64,000 bases of DNA from an uncultured Phascolarctobacterium sp. (GTDB lineage: Bacteria; Bacillota; Negativicutes; Acidaminococcales; Acidaminococcaceae). Location of the stretch: the NCBI RefSeq assembly GCF_900544795.1, contig NZ_UQWM01000001.1; one strand, written 5' to 3'. The notes under the pieces were generated by a model. That model searched no databases. It had not been told where the DNA came from and saw only the letters and a program-made list of their open reading frames with translations. A program made the position numbers and the translations under genes. Positions 59,112 through 64,000 of this stretch are shown piece by piece; the first letter of the stretch is position 1; the number at the start of each line of letters is the position of its first letter.

Positions 59112-59762
59112 TCAATCGTACTTAGAAAATCTTTTTTCCAGCTTGTCGAATCCATAGGTCAAAACCAGCGTCATCAGCAGATAAAAAACACCCGCTACCA
59201 AAAACGGCGTGATGCTGAAATCGCGCTGCACCAGATTACGGGTAGTGCGCAGCAAATCGTTCATCGCCAGTACATAAATCAAAGAAGTATCTTTGACCAG
59301 GGTAATGGTCTCGTTGCTGACCGGCGGCAGGATGATGCGGAAAACCTGCGGCAAAATAATGCGGCGCATGGTCTGCACATAATTCATGCCCAAAGTGCGG
59401 GCAGCCTCGTACTGGCCTTTGGGTATGGCCTGGATACCGGCGCGGAAGATCTCGCAGAAATAGGCGGCGTAATTGAGCACAAAAGCAAAAATAGCAGCCT
59501 GAAAATCGTCCAGCCTGATACCAATGACCGGGATAAAGGGCAACCCGTAATAAACGAATAAAAGCTGCAGCATCAGCGGTGTACCGCGCAGCAGCCAAAC
59601 ATAAACGCCGACGGCGCTACGCAGGCTGCGGAAGGATGAGACCCTCGCCAGCGCAAGCAATACACCCAGCGGTATCGACAAGACAATAGTAACGAAAAAC
59701 AATTTTAAAGTTTCGATCGTCCCTACCCACATCTGTGGCAGGATGGAAATAATATAGTCCAT
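59112..59762 (-). CDS. Polar amino-acid ABC transporter permease (HisMQ family)
   Basis: 216 aa with EAA-type loop (EAARTLGMNYVQTMRRIILPQ). Confidence 0.85.
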   Translation of the reverse strand: MDYIISILPQMWVGTIETLKLFFVTIVLSIPLGVLLALARVSSFRSLRSAVGVYVWLLRGTPLMLQLLFVYYGLPFIPVIGIRLDDFQAAIFAFVLNYAAYFCEIFRAGIQAIPKGQYEAARTLGMNYVQTMRRIILPQVFRIILPPVSNETITLVKDTSLIYVLAMNDLLRTTRNLVQRDFSITPFLVAGVFYLLMTLVLTYGFDKLEKRFSKYD

Positions 59763-59837
59763 TATGAGTCTCCGTATCTGATTTTAAAATAATTAGAGTA
59801 AAAGGGCCGACAGCTCATGCCATCGGCCCGGAGCTTA

Positions 59838-60608
59838 TTAATATTTAGTGATGTCAATGCCCATCCATTGTTCGGAAATCTTTTTCATAGTGCCGTCTTT
59901 TTTCATTTCATCCAGCGCTTTATTGATTCTTTCGCTGTATTCTTTATCATCTTTGCGGAAAGCAACTGCCACGACTTCGTCGCCCATATTTTCTTCCAAC
60001 GCTACATATTTATCAGGATGTTTGACCATGTAGTAGCGTGCCAGTACGGCGTCAACTACCATCGCGTCGATACGTTTAGCGTCCATATCCATATAAACTG
60101 CCGCAAAGTCAGGATATTTCCTGTAATCTTTCAGAGAAGTCCTCAAAGCATCATCTCTGTCAAGGATATAAGAACCGGTGCTGTCGTCCTGTACTGCCAA
60201 AACCTTACCTTTAAGGTCAGCGATCTTAGTGATCTCGGAATCTTTAGGAACAACTACCAGCTGCGCATTGACCATGTAAGGTTTGGAAAGAGTATATGCC
60301 TGTTCACGCTCGGGATTAACCGTAAAGCAGTTCCAGATCGCATCGATGCGTTTACCCTTGATCTCGGCTTCTTTGGAAGCCCAGTCGATAGGTTTGAACT
60401 CTACTTCCATACCTGCGCGCTTGCAGGCTTCACGGGCCAGGTCGATGTCATAACCGACGATCTCGTTCTTTTCGTTACGGAAGCCCATCGGTGCAAAGTT
60501 ATCATCAAGCCCTATCACCATTTTTTTCGGTCCGTCACTGCCGCAGCCTGCCACCAAGGACAAAGCCATAAGCAGAGTCATTGCCAAAAGTAAAAATTTC
60601 TTCATCAT
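59838..60608 (-). CDS. Amino-acid ABC transporter substrate-binding lipoprotein
   Basis: Lipobox LVAGCGS. Family-3 SBP fold. Confidence 0.8.
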   Translation of the reverse strand: MMKKFLLLAMTLLMALSLVAGCGSDGPKKMVIGLDDNFAPMGFRNEKNEIVGYDIDLAREACKRAGMEVEFKPIDWASKEAEIKGKRIDAIWNCFTVNPEREQAYTLSKPYMVNAQLVVVPKDSEITKIADLKGKVLAVQDDSTGSYILDRDDALRTSLKDYRKYPDFAAVYMDMDAKRIDAMVVDAVLARYYMVKHPDKYVALEENMGDEVVAVAFRKDDKEYSERINKALDEMKKDGTMKKISEQWMGIDITKY

Positions 60609-60777
60609 ACATCCCCCTCTAAGGTGTTTTTGTTGCTACGCTTTTGATTATACTTTAGTTCGCTAAATTTGTAAAGGGGTAAAACAAGTTTTTTTGAAAT
60701 TTTTTGCAGGAATTTGCCGGCAGGCTGCGGAACTATATTATTGGGATTAGTTTATAATTATGAGGGAGGGTTCAATT

Positions 60778-61128
60778 ATGATCGTAACAGAGAGAAAAAC
60801 AGACGTCTTTAACCAACGCGCAGGCGGCAAAGGCGAAACCATTATGGAACACATCGTGGACGAAAAGCTTTACGGCGGCAAGATCATCACCTACGCCCGC
60901 GTCATTTTAAAACCGGGCTGCTCGCTGGGGCTGCACAAGCATGTAGGTACCAGCGAAACCATGTACCTGCTACAGGGCACCGGACTTTATAACTATAACG
61001 GCAAGGAAAGCACGCTGCACGCAGGCGACGTAACCTTCTGCCCCGAAAACGAAAGCCACAGCATCGAAAACATCGGCAACGACGACCTGATGATCATGGC
61101 GCTCATCGTCAACACAAAAGAAGAATAA
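60778..61128 (+). CDS. Cupin-domain protein
   Basis: Cupin motifs (G-x5-H-x-H: SLGLHKHVGTSE; later HAGDVTFCPENESHSIEN). RBS GAGGGAGGG. Confidence 0.7.
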   Translation: MIVTERKTDVFNQRAGGKGETIMEHIVDEKLYGGKIITYARVILKPGCSLGLHKHVGTSETMYLLQGTGLYNYNGKESTLHAGDVTFCPENESHSIENIGNDDLMIMALIVNTKEE

Positions 61129-61139
61129 CAGGAAGAACA

Positions 61140-61180
61140 ATAAAAAACAACACGCAAAATGCGTGTTGTTTTTTTGTTGC
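61140..61180 (+). terminator. Rho-independent terminator
   Basis: acaacacgca-aaa-tgcgtgttgt hairpin followed by T-run. Confidence 0.75.
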
Positions 61181-61210
61181 CTAGCAGTATTATAGGAACG
61201 TAGAAATAGC

Positions 61211-62494
61211 TTAAAATTCGAACCTCAACCCGGCGTTGATGCTCCACTTTTTGTTGATGTCGCCGCCAAAGCCGCGGGTCACCTCGCCGTAGAAATTACC
61301 GGTCTTGCTGATTTTGACGTTGCCGCCCAGGCCCAGCTCAAACCAGGTATCGCCGTAATCGTTGTGTTTAGTTAAAATATCGTTCGTACCGCCTGCGTCC
61401 GAGGTCAGCTGCAAGTCGCGCTCACCGGCAAATTCATGCAGCAGGTCGGCCTTCAGGTAAATATCGCTGCCACCAGTCACCTTCTGCCCCAGCACAAAGC
61501 CGATGCGCCCGATAGCGCTGTTCATGCCGTCGATGTGGCCGTTGGCACCCCGATCGGTGGTGTAGCTGATGCCACCCAACCTGCCTAAAGTGAATTGGGC
61601 GTTAGGCTCGAAGAACAGGCCGCTCTCCAAATCCAAACGCTTGCCGTATTCCACGCTGACGCTGTAGGCATGCTCTTTGTATGCGGCTTTATCCGGGAAG
61701 TCGCCGTAGGATTCCAAATCGGTCGACACGATGCCGTAGCGGGCCGTAACATTGGTATAAGTACCGCTATCGCCAGTCCACACGCCGTACAGGCTCAAGG
61801 TTTTTAGCTTGTCCTTGCCACTGCCATTATCATAGCTGCCAGTGCCATCGCCATAATCCATAGCCACGCCGTAAATGCTGTTGGCGTTGGTGGCCTTGTC
61901 GTAGCCAAACTGGTACATATTGTAGCGGCCTTCGTAATTATTACCGCTAAAGCGGCCCGCCTGGGTACGCGCCCACACGCCGTCGCTTTGCTCGCTGCCG
62001 CTGGCCAGCGCGCCCAAACGGCCGCGCAGGCTATCGTTAGTATTGCGCCACAGGGCATAGCTGTTATCGGCCGCATCCAACAATACTGCTGTATCGTTAT
62101 TGACAGTTTTAGCCAGCTTTGTCAAATACCATAGTGAGCCGTCCTGCTCCAGGGTCGGGTCAACATCCCATAGGCCGCCAAAATTGGCCTTTGCTCCCGT
62201 AAAGGTCAGCTTGCCGCTGTTATCGGTAACCAAAAGCAGCTTGTGGGCGCCGGTCACTTCCGTACCGTTAATACTGCTCAAATCCCTAACGGAAATACCG
62301 TAGCTGCCCGTGCCAGTGTTGCCACCGCCCACCGTCAGCGTATCACCAGTATTATTGGCCAGGTCAGTATCCATCAGCAGCTTGCCGCCGCTGCCCTGCA
62401 AGTCGCTTACCGTCAGGCTTTGGTAGGTAGGCGTTGCCCCAACACGCACGCTGCGGCCAAATGTATAGATGAAAGCACATACCTTTAAATACAA
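61211..62494 (-). pseudogene. Autotransporter beta-barrel translocator domain with a short passenger remnant; 5'-truncated (no signal peptide)
   Basis: C-terminus ...WSINAGLRFEF typical of autotransporter beta domains. Gly/Thr/Ser-rich passenger repeats at the N-terminus. The frame is closed 13 codons upstream, with no signal peptide. Confidence 0.6.
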
Positions 62495-62495
62495 A

Positions 62496-62522
62496 ACACC
62501 GACTGCAATGCAGCCGGTGTTT
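62496..62522. repeat. 27-bp hairpin repeat, copy 1 (aacaccgactgcaatgcagccggtgtt)
   Basis: 24 of 27 identical to the copy at 63689..63715. Followed by T-run. Confidence 0.7.
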
Positions 62523-62614
62523 TTATATTTCAGTTAAGATATTGTTTTCACAGCTGTATGTTACACTAACTGCTCTGTTGCATTATGATAACTACACTAT
62601 TTCTTTTAAAGCCA

Positions 62615-63565
62615 TTACCAGTGCAAAAAGTTGATTACTACCTGAATCATAATCTCTTTATCTTCCGGTCTTGATTCGGCTATCATCAATGTTATAGCAA
62701 CAATCGCGCTATCACTGATGATTTTTTTCTGTTCTTTATAAAGCACTTTGTTTTTATCAAGAAAATATAAAAACAAGCCGGCGGCAATTCTTTTACAGCC
62801 GTCGTTAAAAGGATGATCTTTAATAAGAAAGTACAAAAGATGGGCTGCTTTCTCTTCTAATGTAGTATAAGCATCCTTCCCACATACGCTTTGATAGACA
62901 GCTGCTAAAATACCCTGCAGTTTACCATGTTCTTTTTCCTGTCCGAAAATATCAGAAGTTTTACTGAAATCCATCCGCCTGATGAAGTCTACGCATTCCG
63001 TTTCCTGCAATATATATATACACTCACTACCTTCAGGAACAATTACACACTGATGATCATAGGCGTCAAGCAATTCCAACGAGCGGGAATACTCCTGCAC
63101 TACCCGCAACACCTCGTCTGATTCTATACTATTGGTGCTGGCAATGATATGCGACTGAATGGCTATAGTTTTATTTAAGGCAGCTAATTTCTTTTCATTA
63201 ACTGCATAACCGTCAATAATATATTGTTTTAAAACATTAGTCGCCCATTTACGAAAGGCGATGCCCCGTTTACTGTTTACGCGATAGCCAACGGAAATGA
63301 TCACGTCGAGATTATAGCTTTTTTGCTTTCTTCTAACAACTCTTTTTCCTTCTTGACGAACCTGTAAGAAATCCTTACAAGTTGACCGCTCTTCCAATTC
63401 ATCATTGTAAATATTCTTTAAATGCATTGTAATATTTTGTGCAGTAGTTTGAAATAACTCTGCCATCTGCGCTTGCGTCAACCATACTGTATCCTCATCA
63501 GGCGCAATATTTACTTCTAATTCCAAACCATCATCTTGAAAGATGATAACATTATTATCAAGCAT
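62615..63565 (-). CDS. RhuM-family virulence protein fused to a Fic/Doc-family domain
   Basis: N-terminal RhuM-like region (LDVIISVGYRVNSKRGIAFRKWATNVLKQY). C-terminal Fic-type motif HPFNDGCKRIAAGLF. AT-rich relative to its neighbours. Confidence 0.7.
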   Translation of the reverse strand: MLDNNVIIFQDDGLELEVNIAPDEDTVWLTQAQMAELFQTTAQNITMHLKNIYNDELEERSTCKDFLQVRQEGKRVVRRKQKSYNLDVIISVGYRVNSKRGIAFRKWATNVLKQYIIDGYAVNEKKLAALNKTIAIQSHIIASTNSIESDEVLRVVQEYSRSLELLDAYDHQCVIVPEGSECIYILQETECVDFIRRMDFSKTSDIFGQEKEHGKLQGILAAVYQSVCGKDAYTTLEEKAAHLLYFLIKDHPFNDGCKRIAAGLFLYFLDKNKVLYKEQKKIISDSAIVAITLMIAESRPEDKEIMIQVVINFLHW

Positions 63566-63688
63566 TTATCCCATCTCCTCAGTCATTGGCTATCAACTTA
63601 TATATAGCATTTACGGCACTTTTTAGAATTATATTTGTTATAAAAATTATCGCAGCAGCAATATTGACGTCGATATAATACTTACACA

Positions 63689-63715
63689 AACACCGGCTGC
63701 CTTGCAGCCGGTGTT
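63689..63715. repeat. 27-bp hairpin repeat, copy 2 (aacaccggctgccttgcagccggtgtt); also the terminator of the MATE gene
   Basis: Perfect 11-bp stem. Direct repeat of the copy at 62496..62522. Confidence 0.7.
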
Positions 63716-63730
63716 TGATTTATTGCGTTT

Positions 63731-64000
63731 TTACACTTGTTCGCGTGCCAGCTTCCGTTGCAGCCACAGCATCCGCAGGGTCAAAAACACGGCCGAGAAG
63801 AACAGGCCGATATCGAGGCTTTGCCAATAGGCCACAGGCCCATGCCCCATAACGAAATCTAAAAAGCAGCCCAGGGGCAGGCATACTACCCAATAGGCGA
63901 AAAAACCGGAATAAAAAGTGGCTTTAACATCTTTATAGCCGCGCAGGATGCCCTGGATAGGGGCCGCTGTAGCGTCGAATAATTGGAAGAAAATGGCGTA
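63731..64000 (-). CDS. MATE-family efflux transporter, C-terminal 89 codons (partial at window edge)
   Basis: Minus-strand frame open to the window edge, ending ...LWLQRKLAREQV*. Hydrophobic TM segments consistent with a MATE C-terminus. Confidence 0.5.
   Translation of the reverse strand, partial: YAIFFQLFDATAAPIQGILRGYKDVKATFYSGFFAYWVVCLPLGCFLDFVMGHGPVAYWQSLDIGLFFSAVFLTLRMLWLQRKLAREQV

Noticed and set aside
58791-59561. 256-aa plus-strand ORF
   Set aside because: Antisense across the ABC ATPase and permease genes, which have unambiguous Walker and EAA motifs.
59817-60593. 258-aa plus-strand ORF
   Set aside because: Antisense to the substrate-binding lipoprotein gene.
1-64000. Search for transposases, integrases, phage structural genes, CRISPR-Cas or restriction-modification genes
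   Set aside because: None recognised. The only mobile-type signatures are the TA pair and the repeat-flanked Fic gene.

Overview
This 64 kb window looks like chromosomal DNA from a diderm Firmicute (Negativicutes-like). The evidence is two paralogous OmpM/Mep45-type outer-membrane porins with N-terminal S-layer-homology (SLH) domains. GC content is moderate and gene density is high on both strands. No rRNA genes, CRISPR array, transposase or integrase was found.

Recognisable content, in order along the window:
- Outer-membrane cluster (1-4000): two SLH-porin paralogs, two tandem paralogous secreted proteins and a small secreted ER/K-rich protein.
- korAB, encoding a two-subunit 2-oxoacid:ferredoxin oxidoreductase.
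- An MntA/HepT-type nucleotidyltransferase toxin-antitoxin pair with a tandem palindromic operator.
- gltS, trxB-trxA and a PAS-GGDEF diguanylate cyclase.
- Two tRNA-Ser genes downstream of a 1170-aa pyruvate:ferredoxin oxidoreductase.
- An opuA-type glycine-betaine ABC transporter with a divergent GntR/TrkA-C regulator.
- An LtaS-like sulfatase-family membrane protein.
- thiC, preceded by a TPP riboswitch.
- A family-1 encapsulin nanocompartment operon: an encapsulated ferritin (EncFtn) with a GSL-type targeting tail, then the encapsulin shell gene.
- A DUF554 membrane protein and mgtA (P-type Mg2+ ATPase) behind an M-box riboswitch.
- An AdhR/NmlR-like MerR regulon (flavodoxin, DUF1624 membrane protein, Fe-S aldo/keto reductase, merR) with two near-identical operator-promoters.
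- A tRNA His-Gln-Lys-Leu cluster at the tail of a serine-catabolism operon (SSS transporter, HutP-family protein, sdaAB, sdaAA, ridA).
- A TSCPD-corA-small ORF operon.
- Universal-stress-protein paralogs and a BMP-type ABC transporter.
- A PucR-family regulator, larE, an acyl-CoA synthetase and thioesterase, a polar amino-acid ABC transporter, a cupin, a RhuM/Fic-family gene, and a partial MATE transporter at the right edge.

Several signs of local decay or rearrangement are visible:
- Two c-di-GMP signalling genes are each split by a frameshift at a 4-nt homopolymer.
- An EamA-family transporter has lost its N-terminus and abuts an amidohydrolase C-terminal remnant.
- A 5'-truncated autotransporter sits next to a RhuM/Fic gene that is bracketed by 27-bp hairpin direct repeats.

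The observations I rank highest are the HutP-family gene embedded in the serine operon with UAG-triplet repeats over its leader and RBS, the encapsulin-EncFtn operon, the duplicated MerR operator pair, and the Fic cassette with flanking repeats.
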